NCBI RefSeq assembly: GCF_964204645.1
Contig: NC_134031.1
Coordinates: forward strand, 16,603,807-16,667,806
Origin: Tubulanus polymorphus
Lineage: Eukaryota > Animalia > Nemertea
Length of the DNA: 64,000 bases
Direction: 5' to 3'
Below are positions 24,301 through 34,966 of the stretch, one piece after another. The notes under the pieces are model-generated. The model made no database searches, was not told where the DNA came from, and saw nothing but the letters and a program-made list of their open reading frames with translations. The translations under genes and the position numbers were made by a program. Position 1 is the stretch's first letter; each line of letters starts with the position of its first letter.

Positions 24301-27300
24301 GTGCCATCTTACGGCATAGCTGGTATACCGATAAACCCATTAACCCGTGTCCCCTTACCTTCAACTTTACGTTTATGACGTTTTGACTTGGTGCGTTTTC
24401 TTGACAGCGGCACCAGACTGGGAACGCTGGACAAGATTTAAAAAAAAAAAAAAACATTATTAGTTAATAGAGACAATTGCTGAATATCTAACAATGATGA
24501 TCTATCAATTGAATGAAGATCTAACAAACTATTTTCCGGTCCATCAAAGTCTGTCAAATCAATTTGTGAAATTTGGTCATCATATACCTTTTCTTATATC
24601 CATCTTCTAAAGCCGCACACAAAACACAGAATTTTGAAAACGGCAAAACAGCATTTTCAGGTTGGTCGCCGTATGTGTGCAACGCTTCATAAACTTCATA
24701 CGAAAATACAGAAAAACCGAAATTACTGATATTTCTAAAAAGTTTGCAAGTTTTTAAATAGATTCATTTCAAGAGACGATATAACGTTGCTTACTTTGAG
24801 ATTTAGTCGGATAAAGATGGTACTCGTTCAAGGCTCGTCTCACATCATCGGTGGTCAGATAAGATTTTTTCTTCGAATATTTTTCAAAATGGTTGTAATA
24901 CTTCCTGCGAAAATAGAGAACGATTCATTCTGAATTGAACGCAATGAAGGCTAGGTGGATGCATTACGATTGGCACTGCCATGAATGGAAGATACCGATT
25001 ATGACAGTATCAAAGTTCTAGTGCTGTAAGGGCTAATGAAGCCCCCTAATGATGCGTAAGGTTAAAGTTAAATTCCTGATTGAAGTTAGTGAATATTAAA
25101 CATATCACCAAAAGCCAAGCATAATAACCCACGTCATTGAAACTAGACAAATTTCAGCTAAACATCACATACATTAAACTGCTCAATATAGATTGGAGCA
25201 ACAAAAATCTGCTTGTTGCTCCAGAAAAAATCACATTCAGCGCTTTCTAAAGGGGAGGTCAGGCAATCAGAATCAAAAACTGAACAATTTCGATGATGAA
25301 ATTTAATAATCTATTCAGTATTACGTATATAGGTTTAGGGGTTAAACCAGTAAAACATCGACAGCGAGCCATTTTTAAAGACTGTTTATGGATGATATGT
25401 TGAAAGTTTGTTAGTAAAGATTCGAGTCGAAAGAGGTCCTCTCCGGGGTTCATTGACACCTGACTGCATGAAGTCAAGTCAGTCAACCCCCCCCCCGATA
25501 TACCACTATACTCTCTGTACCGCCAAAAACGTTCTGTACCGATGTGGGCGGTATATCCGGGCTTGACTGTATATTTGTAATGGCATTGGTGACAGAACCG
25601 GAAATACGAATCGATTATCAAACATGTTAATATATCTGATAGTGAGTTGTTATACGCTTTGCCAGGATTTCAGTTTATTCAGAATTTATATAGGCGGCGA
25701 TGGTGAATTTCGGCCATACCAGTACGTGTTCGAAGGCAAAGAGTTAATGAATTGGTACAACTGAAACAGGAATAAGTCAGTGATGGATTAAACAACGTAT
25801 AAGATAGAATTGATAACATGTCTTAGGATTTGTTGAATTTTAAAATTGGTTGATTTTTGCAGTGGTAAGTGATGCATTGATTGGATAGATTATGCATTTT
25901 ACATCACATGACTTAGAAAAAAAACATTGAAGATACCAAACATTGGGTATTTCATAGCTAGAGCAGAAACATGGGGTGTCAGATTTATTTTTAAATCAGC
26001 TGATTATCTGATTATTTCTCAACAACTCAAAATCATTCAGTCCTATTTTGAAGCATTGAAACCTGACCACTGAACGGATATCGTGTACCAACACCATATG
26101 AAAAAGATGCAATTATTTGCTGTTAAAAATACACAGTGTTTTTTTAAAGTTATAAAACGCGCCATACGATTGGGGCACATATGTCACAGCATTGATCCCT
26201 AACCACTGAACGAATATCGCGTCCTAACATCACGTATATGTAGAAATTGATGCAATTATTTGCGGTGAAAAATACGCCGCTGACCTCGTCGGCCATATTG
26301 AATGAGAATGTTTCTAATAGATGTGGTAAAAACACTCGGATGAAAGTCATCACCGTAATTGGTGAATAGCAGATGACAAAACAAATAGATGTTCCCAACA
26401 ACATGACAGTAGCTCTTATTGTTGATGCTTGTTTTCCACTACCCTGACCAAAGTCTTTCTGTTGGAAAAGCAAAATCACCGTCGTGCAGTTCAGTATAAC
26501 TACTAAAGACATTGGACAAATAATAAATATACTTCGACTATAGATATAAGCACGAGGGGCTGCTTCAGAAGTTATCACACACCCAATGCCAGGTACAAAT
26601 ACACCATTTGGTATATTAGGCCACATTTGACTGCAAAGACCGAGTAGACACATGATTAAAGTTATAAACCGCGCCGTACGAGGGGTGCACATTAGTCGAC
26701 CTTTCATCGGGAATAAAACGACCACGAAACGTTCGAAAGACACTAAAACGATCAACCATGATGAAACGAGATGAAAATAATCGCCGAGAATTTCGACGGT
26801 CAAACAAGCGGCTAACGACTGATCCAAACGTATTAGCACTGAAACATTGCCGAAAACATGAACGTAGAATAAATTGATTAACATGAATAAACGTAGCGTC
26901 ATACAAGCATTGTCCGAAACAGAGAGAACTATTAGATATGTGCTGTATGAATGCTTTCTTAAGTCGGGGGAAATCATTACCAGAAATGCTAAACAGTTAC
27001 CGACAATTCCAAATATGCAGAGAAATCCATAAGAAAAGATGTAAACGATAGCTCTTCGATAACTGATGCCGTAGATTTCAATCATTCCAGTGAAGTAATC
27101 TTTAGTCCATTCAGCTGGTAAGGTAGAATTTGCTGACATCGCTGAACTGATAATATTTCGATTTTCATAATGCTGAGATATGAAATCTTATCGTCTGAAC
27201 GGTGAATATCGTTGTGTACTGAGAAACTTGCCTGAGGGTTTAAGAATAATTTTCTTCTAAGTTCGGCGTTTTCATGCTGTGGCAATTTGATTCGAAAACC

Positions 27301-28229
27301 GACTGGCTGAAATACAATCTACGCTTTATCGATCAATTTACTTAGTGCGTTTTTTCTGAGTTATTGCAGAATAACCACTCAAATCACGGATAGGGTCGGC
27401 GAATTACATGCGCACCAATACGAGATGGTCCGTTTTTATTAACGCTATTCCCTTAAAATTTCTGTGTTTATTTCGTACTCTATAATCTGTCTCTAAAGTG
27501 GTTCCACCTATTCTGGAGCCAATCCGTTGCACTATTTGCTTAGTGTAATTCGTATGAGCTGTTGGGAATAAATTTCTAGTGAAAACATATTGCAATGAAG
27601 CCTTGAGGAGGTTTAATTTAGAATTTTTTCGGACGATGTTCTATCACAACAGAAAAACTACTTCCAATAATCCATTAAACAATACTTTTTGACAATAGGC
27701 GCTCAATTTGAAATAATCCCTAAACATTTCTTTATCAGAGAAAATTGATTTCATTTATATTTGACCACGGATCTTCACTTACAGAAAAATTAATTTTCTT
27801 TACTTTGACTGTGATCAATTTTTGTTGGATATTAGGGCAATTCTCTTTGTATGTTTCACACTGAACACAGGTGTCTTCAGTAAAATCTACGTTTTCACAT
27901 GCAAAATTCTAAATCATCGCGTTGAAGAGCACTGCCCAAATCAAAACTTCAATCTAGAGAAAATGGGATTTTCCCCGGCTGCTGCTGCGCTGTGGTTCTG
28001 CTGTGTTGTGTCGTGTGTGTGTACAGTTTCGACTTTTTTGACACAGAAATCATTGATTTTTAAAGACTGACCTGGTTAATGGACCGTATATGAAAGTTTC
28101 GGCGGTTGTTTGTATAGAGTCATGTCGGTGGAGGTCCTCTCCGGGGTTCATCGACACCTGACTGCGTGAATTTAAACAGTTTTTCGACTTGTTTTCATCG
28201 CTGTCACTCTGACCACCACCGTCCGCCAT
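18347..28229 (-). CDS. raw: Raw homologue: EF-hand-like / NDT-like / EF-hand-like / NDT-like protein, about 575 aa, 18 coding exons
   Basis: Exons 28072-28229, 24795-24904, 24588-24693, 24359-24426, 24108-24128, 23724-23815, 23584-23637, 23145-23223, 22983-23064, 22258-22378, 21691-21773, 21552-21615, 21338-21469, 20915-20972, 20083-20197, 19311-19455, 18839-18922 and 18347-18502 are all GT-AG and phase-matched (1728 nt). Both Raw repeats are present: VFLGGACNPTTWRADTAIP..FYNPQVAKWRPELIEIEEQAK..ASLVEAAY and IFLGGSCGDTNWRTEIAIP..YFNPQ..AAMLEAGY..DYNRGRMYL. Exon 1 is the least certain. Confidence 0.88.
19510..19799. mobile_element. piggyBac-type MITE (copy 1) in a raw intron
   Basis: TTAA|CCCTTTCAGTGC...GCACTGAAAGGG|TTAA; near-identical copy at 51272-51547. 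Confidence 0.88.
20349..20818. mobile_element. Harbinger-like MITE (CTG flanks) interrupted by a nested element
   Basis: ctg|gggctggttgca...tgcaactgaccc|ctg; an uninterrupted relative lies inverted at 22540-22673. Confidence 0.7.
20400..20724. mobile_element. Nested GC-rich MITE with TAA target duplication (PIF/Harbinger-type)
   Basis: TIRs agccgggcgtaggtcgaccttg / caaggccgacctacgcccggct with taa on both sides; interior rich in TCGC/GCGA motifs. Confidence 0.82.
21020..21244. mobile_element. CAGGGGCGGATCC-family TIR element (copy 4)
   Basis: caggggcagatccac...tggatatccacccctg. Confidence 0.6.
22540..22673. mobile_element. Uninterrupted copy of the CTG-flanked MITE at 20349
   Basis: ctg|ggaccggttgcatagtcatgg...actatggaactaggcc|ctg; shares the internal ttaagaccagtcttaagatttaagaccac in inverted orientation. 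Confidence 0.72.
23261..23538. mobile_element. Probable MITE with AGCC...GGCT termini
   Basis: agccacgatcacacg / cgtgtgaccacggct imperfect TIRs with AT-rich flanks and internal caggcctg repeats. Confidence 0.5.
25401..25472 (-). pseudogene. Degenerate partial duplicate of raw coding exon 1
   Basis: 25433-25472 matches 28131-28170 at 38 of 40 nt; weaker similarity with a small gap continues to 25401/28091. Confidence 0.75.
25480..25569. mobile_element. Tc1/pogo(Tigger)-like MITE remnant
   Basis: cagtcaacccc..gatatacc / ggtatatccgggcttgactg|ta. Confidence 0.55.
26041..26135 (-). pseudogene. Relic 3' fragment (TM7/helix 8) of a further GPCR copy
   Basis: tcctattttgaagcattgaaacctgaccactgaacggatatcg..atgcaattatttgctgttaaaaatacac aligns with 33412-33512 with deletions; the adjoining flank resembles the 3' flanks of copies C and D. 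Confidence 0.75.
26150..27139 (-). CDS. Intronless class A GPCR copy A (FMRFamide-receptor-like orphan/putative chemoreceptor), nested in raw intron 1
   Basis: 329 aa with 7 hydrophobic segments; TM1 GN, TM2 LSVSD, TM3 SFERF, TM7 NNCINFYIY. Confidence 0.92.
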   Translation of the reverse strand: MSANSTLPAEWTKDYFTGMIEIYGISYRRAIVYIFSYGFLCIFGIVGNCLAFLVMISPDLRKHSYSTYLIVLSVSDNACMTLRLFMLINLFYVHVFGNVSVLIRLDQSLAACLTVEILGDYFHLVSSWLIVLVSFERFVVVLFPMKGRLMCTPRTARFITLIMCLLGLCSQMWPNIPNGVFVPGIGCVITSEAAPRAYIYSRSIFIICPMSLVVILNCTTVILLFQQKDFGQGSGKQASTIRATVMLLGTSICFVICYSPITVMTFIRVFLPHLLETFSFNMADEVSGVFFTANNCINFYIYVMLGRDIRSVVRDQCCDICAPIVWRVL

Positions 28230-28509
28230 GATGGAGCGCCATGGGGTAAGGCTAAATTGCGGACTCGGATTCACCTGCTAGTCCGTGAACCGGTTAATAG
28301 TGCTTCTACTATGGTGGTCGTTGAAGCGTGGGCGAGAAGCCGGACAAAAGAATCATTGTTCATGATCTGACGGCGTTTGTTCTGTGAAGATTAGTAAATG
28401 TAAGTTATTTCTCTGTTCCTTCTGTTTACGTTTGTGAATAGCATGTTGGTTGTCATGAATGAAAAATGCTTCAAAAAGCTGTTGGAAATTGGTGGTCTCC
28501 TGATACCCC

Positions 28510-29802
28510 CACAGGGACTTGTCACAATTGATAGTGAATGAATAAAACCAATATCAATGACCAGGTCCACTATCCCTGTATAATATAAAAAACAGGGGTG
28601 GCAACAAATTTTCAATCTGACAATGACTTCTCCACTTCAATCGACTGTAATTCCAAAAATTCTCAACCGATTCACATGAAATAAGCTTTAATACAACCTA
28701 GAAGACTTTCTGCTTCCAACGAGCCTTTAACCACCACTCTAGGACAATTATCTCACAACGAAATCACCGTTTTTTGACGAGAGATAGCTCAAATTGGAGG
28801 TGTACCGATTCTATGGTGGACAGCAAAATGGTCGTATTTTTCACTTCAAACGATGATTTCTATGTGAAATCTTAGAGATAACCCCAACAAACCATACATT
28901 TTTTAAAACTACGCGGTCATACCTGTACGCTTATCTCATTTATTTGTATAATCCACGCGATGGGTGAGCTCGCAAGCTCAAAATCGAACAAATATACGAA
29001 AAAGTCACCTCGCACTATCGCGCTGGCGGCCATTAATCACGTGACGTGCAGGTTCGGGCTATGTTAATAGAACCGCGACAAGTCTACGTCTGTAGACTTG
29101 AAAAAAGGAAATATTTGCTAATAATACCACCCCTCAGACGAATGTTGCACTATATTTTCATAATACGGATATTTTATTAATTAACAGAACTTTTAATAAA
29201 TTTTGTAATGTTTTTCGAAATCTCTAAGCCAATCAATGCGCGTGAAATATTAAGCCCGTTTCTACGATATCACGTGATTAATGGCCGCCCAGTTGATGAC
29301 AAGTTGAACGCCGTGTTCATCCTCATTTTCGATTTTGAGCTTGTGAGCTCACCCATCGCGTGGATTATACAGATAAATGAGATAAGCGTACAGGTATGAC
29401 CGCGTAGTTTTAAAAAATGTATGGTTTGTTGGGGTTTTCTCTAAGATCTCACATAGAAATCATCGTTTGAATTGAAAAAAACGACCATTTTGCTGTCCAC
29501 CATAGAATCGGTACACCTCCATTTTGAGCTATCTCTCGTAAAAAAAGGTGATTTCGTTGTGAGATAATTGTCGGAGAGTGGTGGTTGTAGGTTCGTTCGA
29601 AGCAGAAAGTCTTCTAGGTTGTATTAAAGCTTATTTCATGTGAATTGGTTGAGAATTTTTGGAATTACAGTCGATTGAAGTGGAGAAGTCATTGTCAGAT
29701 TGAAAATTTGTTGCCACCCTTGTTATTTTATTATACAGTTGCAGGGATACTGGTACCCCCATCATTGGTCTCATCCATTATCAGTCGTGACAAGTCCCTG
29801 TG
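28510..29802. mobile_element. 1.29-kb non-autonomous foldback DNA transposon, about 530-bp inverted arms, 8-bp TSD (P- or hAT-superfamily)
   Basis: GATACCCC|CACAGGGACTTGTCAC...GTGACAAGTCCCTGTG|GATACCCC. Arms are about 28510-29045 and 29270-29802 and are near-identical over 28590-28985. No transposase ORF. Confidence 0.92.
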
Positions 29803-31382
29803 GATACCCCTGCCGAAACTGACCACCACCAAAGCTAGTTTTGCAAGCAAGCTATATGTCCTAGGGTTGAATTCTATTTGTTTATAAGAGCCTATTATTT
29901 TTTCAGAACCCATCTCAGTCATTTATGACTTATACTAACGCCAATTTCAATCAGAGCGGTCACAACACCGCAACACACACGGACCCTGTACAGACACCCG
30001 AAAACTAATGACACTAAAGTGACTAGAAATTGAGATTTGTATTCCGGATGTCAAATTTTTCCTCTGGACGTATCGGCCCCACTCCGGCGGCTGCACCACC
30101 GCGCGGGATATACGCGAAGCAGCGAACACAAACATGGCCACTCTCTCAATTTTCAATGATAGAAATCGTGTGTGCATTTCAATTATTTCGGATGTTAGGG
30201 TTTTAAGGCACAATATAAGTTGATGATGTGATATGGCGATGTTAATTAATGATAATTCCGCAGTGAAGCTAGTCACAAATGGTGCCGATTCAGTGTACAG
30301 CTGCCAAAAACACTGAAATGTGCATAGTTGCGTAACTATTTGCAGTGAATTGCAGACGAAACATGAAGCCTTAACGGCCGTTTAAAAAAAAATTATACCA
30401 ATCGCAATTGTAAAATAAAAATGAGATAGAACCTAAGGTAAAATTCTGGCCACTTCTAAAATGTTATTACTAATTTTTAGTCAGTGCCGAACGTTTAGTT
30501 TTCCAACAATAATGAGGGGTGGTAGGTAGTCATGCAATTCAAGTCATCATTTATTACACGTTACTTCCGTGTTGTTGAAAATCTCGCGAGTCCTGGACCA
30601 AACCCCATTGAACAATGTGATCTGTGTGCTGGCCATAAATGCACACAGATCACACTACACTACCCATTACACACTCCAGTACCCACAGCTTTCATGTATC
30701 CATCCAAATATTTAGAGTGTCTTTCTTCCTGGATCCCAAAGACCTATGTATGGATTGATAAGAAGATGATTATTCATTCCATTTGAAGAAAAAATGTAAA
30801 TGCTGTTAAGTTTGAAATGTGCCAATTTTTGTTGTTGATGGTGTTAGAATGTAACGTACGTTACTTTAGAGTTCATGGAACTTAGGCTTCGTTGTGGTTT
30901 GTAAACTATGTTGATGGAATAATATATATATATTTATGTAGAATCACCCTCAGGCCTAAATCATTCACAAAGTCAAAGAAAGTAGAAGTCCAAGGGTAGT
31001 AAGTTTTGTGAAAGACCTTCTTTAGTCGCTTTGCAAAACATACTTAAAGAAAAACACCCGAAAATATTGTCAGTTAGAAAAAAAGACTACCTACAAATTT
31101 TCAGTTTTTTTTGAAGCATTGAAAATTTCGTTGGAAAAACGTGGAAAAAAATAGACAATTTGAATATTCTCGCACACAAGAAGCAATAGGAGCTTAATGA
31201 AGCTCTGTGATGTTTATGAACTTGTAATTATATCAAAAGAAGTAAGTTTCATCATCAGAGTTGTGGTCAATATGAAATGAATACCGGTAGGCTATATAAT
31301 AATGGCTGGTACAGGCAACAGAGTTCTTGTTGATGCGTATTCGCCTATGTTTCCTGAATTTCAATGGATCCCTAATACGGAT

Positions 31383-32384
31383 TTATAATTTCTGACATCC
31401 TTTCAAGCAGATTTTCTGAATCACCGAACGGATGTCGCGTCCTAGGAAAACGTAGATGTAGAAATTAATGCAGTTGTTAGTCGTGAAGAATACGCCGCCG
31501 ACCTCCTGGGCCATATTGAAAGAAAACGTCACTAACAAATGCGGTAGAAGTATGCGTACGAATGTCGTCAATATAAGAGGCGAATAGCAGATGACAAAAC
31601 AAATAGATGTTCCCAACAACATGACGGTAGCTTTCATCGTTGATGCTTGTTTTCCACTACCCTGACCAAAGTCTTTCTGTTGGAAAAGAGAAAGTACTGT
31701 CGTGCAGTTCAGTATTACTACTAAAAACATTGGAACAATTCCTATTATAGTTCGTCCATAGATATATGTGATTAGAGCTGCTTCAGATGTAACCACGCAT
31801 CCAACGCCGGGTACAAATACGCCATATGGTATATTCGGCCACATTTGACTGCAAAATCCGAGTAGACACATGATTAAAGTTATAAACCGCGCCGTACAAG
31901 GGGTGCACAATAGTCGACCTTTCATCGGGAATAAAACGACCACAAAACGTTCGAACGACACTAAAACGATCAACCACGATGAAACGAGATGAAAATAATC
32001 GCCGAGAATTTCGACGGTCAAACAAGCGGCTAACGACTGATCGAAACGTATTAGCACCGAAACATTGCCGAAAACATGAACGTAGAATAAATTGATTAAC
32101 GTGAATAAACGTAGCGTCATACAAGCATTGTCCGAAACAGAGAGAACTATTAGATATGTGCTGTATGAATGCTTTCTTAAGTCTGGGGAAATCATTACCA
32201 GAAATGCTGAACAGTTACCGACAATTCCAAATATGCAGAGAAATCCATAAATGAAGATATAAACGATAGCTCTTCGGTAACTGATGCCGGAGATTTTGAC
32301 TAATGCTGTGAAGGCATCTATTGTCCATCCTTCGTTGAGCGTATCATTGATAGGGGTGGTGTCCATATCCGTTTCACATTCCAT
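31383..32384 (-). CDS. Intronless class A GPCR copy B
   Basis: About 333 aa from the ATG at 32384; same motifs as copy A. Confidence 0.92.
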   Translation of the reverse strand: MECETDMDTTPINDTLNEGWTIDAFTALVKISGISYRRAIVYIFIYGFLCIFGIVGNCSAFLVMISPDLRKHSYSTYLIVLSVSDNACMTLRLFTLINLFYVHVFGNVSVLIRFDQSLAACLTVEILGDYFHLVSSWLIVLVSFERFVVVLFPMKGRLLCTPCTARFITLIMCLLGFCSQMWPNIPYGVFVPGVGCVVTSEAALITYIYGRTIIGIVPMFLVVILNCTTVLSLFQQKDFGQGSGKQASTMKATVMLLGTSICFVICYSPLILTTFVRILLPHLLVTFSFNMAQEVGGVFFTTNNCINFYIYVFLGRDIRSVIQKICLKGCQKL

Positions 32385-33387
32385 CAAGTTCAACGCGATA
32401 TTTAAACCCCATTGATTATTTGAGAAGAGATGGATTGATTTTCTTTATAAAGTTCTCAAATTTCTATCATTTCCTGAATGTCGAGTCTCTATAGTTGGAT
32501 TGAATTTCCTAAAAGTGTGCGGACCTTACATCTCTAATTTCTATCGGTGATGTTTGGTCGATTCTACAATAATTGAAGTTCGGTCGACCATCCTAATCAC
32601 TTGAAATATAAGCCTACTAAAAGTGACCGGTATATTCGTGTCATTGGCCATTGATTTTCATTCAAAACTTTTATACATTTGAGCTATTTTCATCCCATAT
32701 ATCTACAAGAGGCTTAGGTTCTCGAGTTTTTCGGTGGGGTGAAGACTTTCAGATCCATTAGAACTCTCCATTAGAGACGCCAATGAATTTAGTAGTTATG
32801 GAATACATGAAAAATATTCCTCCACTTAACGTGTCATCCTTCAAATTTATATATTTGATAGTGGGTTGTTAAATGAATTAATGGTGCAAAACTGAATTTG
32901 GTCTCAGTCAGCAATTGATATAAGGCTAAGGAATTGATACATCATTTCTCATTTCTGCTTAGCTTATAAGTTGACCCGGCCTGCCGCCTACCTATGGTTT
33001 TACATTTTTTTTTTTTTTTAAATCATGATCAAACCACCTCCCTGATCAAACTAACCATAACAGATCATCAGGTAGTGTTATAGAAATGATCTGATTACCA
33101 ATTTTATTGCAGTTTACTAAATGACCCCGCCGATTAGGAGAAACAAGGTGTCATTTTATTTTAGCCTAACAACATTTAAGTTTATAGTAAAAGGTCCCTT
33201 ATGATTTTATGTATTCTGAATTTGGATGATCTTTGCCACAATCAGTATGTTTCGATTGAATTGATTATGCATTTTATATCATGCTAGCCTTTCCCGAAAA
33301 AAGGTAGATTCTGAACACCAGGTAATTAATAGCAAGTGCAGATGATAGACGTTGGATGTTTTTTAAATCAGCTGGCTGCTTATTTCT

Positions 33388-34379
33388 TTATTTCTTTGTG
33401 AAAATTGTTCCTCCTATTCTGAAGCATTGATTCCTAACCACTGAACGGATGTCGCGTCCTAACATCACGTATATGTAGAAATTAATGCAATTATTTGCTG
33501 TAAAAAATACACCCCCGACCTCGTCGGCCATATTGAATGAGAATGTTGTTAATAAGTGTGGTAAAAATACTCGGACGAAAGTCATGACTGTAATTGGTGA
33601 ATAGCAGATGACAAAATAGATGTTCCCAACAACATGACAGTAGCTCTTATTGTTGATGCTTGTTTTCCACTACCCTGACCAAAGTCTTTCTGTTGGAAAA
33701 GAGTAAATACTGTCGTGCAGTTCAGTATTACTACTAAAAACATTGGACAAATAATTAGCAAACTTCTAGCATAGATATATGTGATTAAAGCTGCTTCAGA
33801 TGTAACCACGCATCCAACGCCAGGTACAAATACACCATTTGGGATATTCGGCCACATTTGACTGCAAAATCCGAGTAGACACATGATTGAAGTTATAAAC
33901 TGCGCCGTATGAGGGGTGCACATTAGTCGACCTTTCATTGGGAATAAAACGACCACAAAACGTTCGAACGACAGTAAAACGATCAACCACGATGAAACGA
34001 GATGAAAATAATCGCCGAGAATTTCGACGGTCAAACAAGCGGCTAACGACTGATCGAAACGTATAAGTACCGAAACATTGCCGAAAACATGAACGTAGAA
34101 TAAATTGATTAACATGAATAAACGTAGCGTCATACAAGCATTGTCCGAAACAGAGAGAACTATTAGATATGTGCTGTATGAATGCTTTCTTAAGTCTGGG
34201 GAAATCATTACCAGAAATGCTAAACAGTTACCGACAATTCCGAATATGCAGAGAAATCCATAAATGAACGTATAAACGAAAGCTCTTCGATAACTGATGC
34301 TGTAAATTTCAACCATTCCAGTGAAGAAATCTTTCGCCCATCCAACGGGTAATGTGAAATTGATAGGTGTCTGTTCCAT
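33388..34379 (-). pseudogene. GPCR copy C, frameshifted in TM6
   Basis: 4-bp deletion near 33615 (gacaaaatag versus gacaaaacaaatag in intact minus-strand copies A and B); the rest of TM6-TM7 continues in another frame to the stop at 33388. Confidence 0.85.
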
Positions 34380-34833
34380 GATGAAAGTTATACCGATACG
34401 TAGATATAATGCTGTAGTGTTAAAAAATGTGATATTTAAACCTAATGGAATATGTTCGGTGGACGAAATGATTGATTTTAACGCTTCAAATTACGTTAGA
34501 TTCTGTTACTCATATTGCTGTCTACTTCGTTTTCTATCATTTCTATCTAATGAAAATTGGTCCTGTCGTCTCTAGTTTAGAAAAGTTTTTTCTTTCAAAG
34601 GTAAACCTTTGGAGTCATAGAGGAGCCGCGTTAACCTAATGTCAAATCAGTAAACAGGAAGACTGGGGGCCCAAGACGTTAAGGTAACTTGGGTTTATTG
34701 AAACTATGAGGCATAGTAGCTTCTTGAGATGAATGAGTAAAGTTAATGGACAAACAACAGTATTCATAGGGAGAGCCCTATAAATAGAAAGCTTTTATTT
34801 TTGGTTTACCTTTATTGTTGGCAATCTACCAAG

Positions 34834-34966
34834 CTGGGGTCCGTTGCTCGAAAGATGGTTAGAGTTAACTGATGAATAGTTGACATAGTGACAATTGAAA
34901 GTTCATCGTTACTTTGGTATTTATCCACCTTTTAGCTTGAACCAACTTTTGAGCAACTGGCCCCTG
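34834..34966. mobile_element. Palindromic CTG-flanked MITE (Harbinger-like)
   Basis: ctg|gggtccgttgctcgaaag..ggtt / aacc..cttttgagcaactggccc|ctg. Confidence 0.65.

Noticed and set aside
26616-26906. Alternative-frame ORF (MYDATFIHVNQF..) recurring in several GPCR copies
   Set aside because: Its recurrence follows from near-identical DNA; lengths vary and there is no independent sign of coding.
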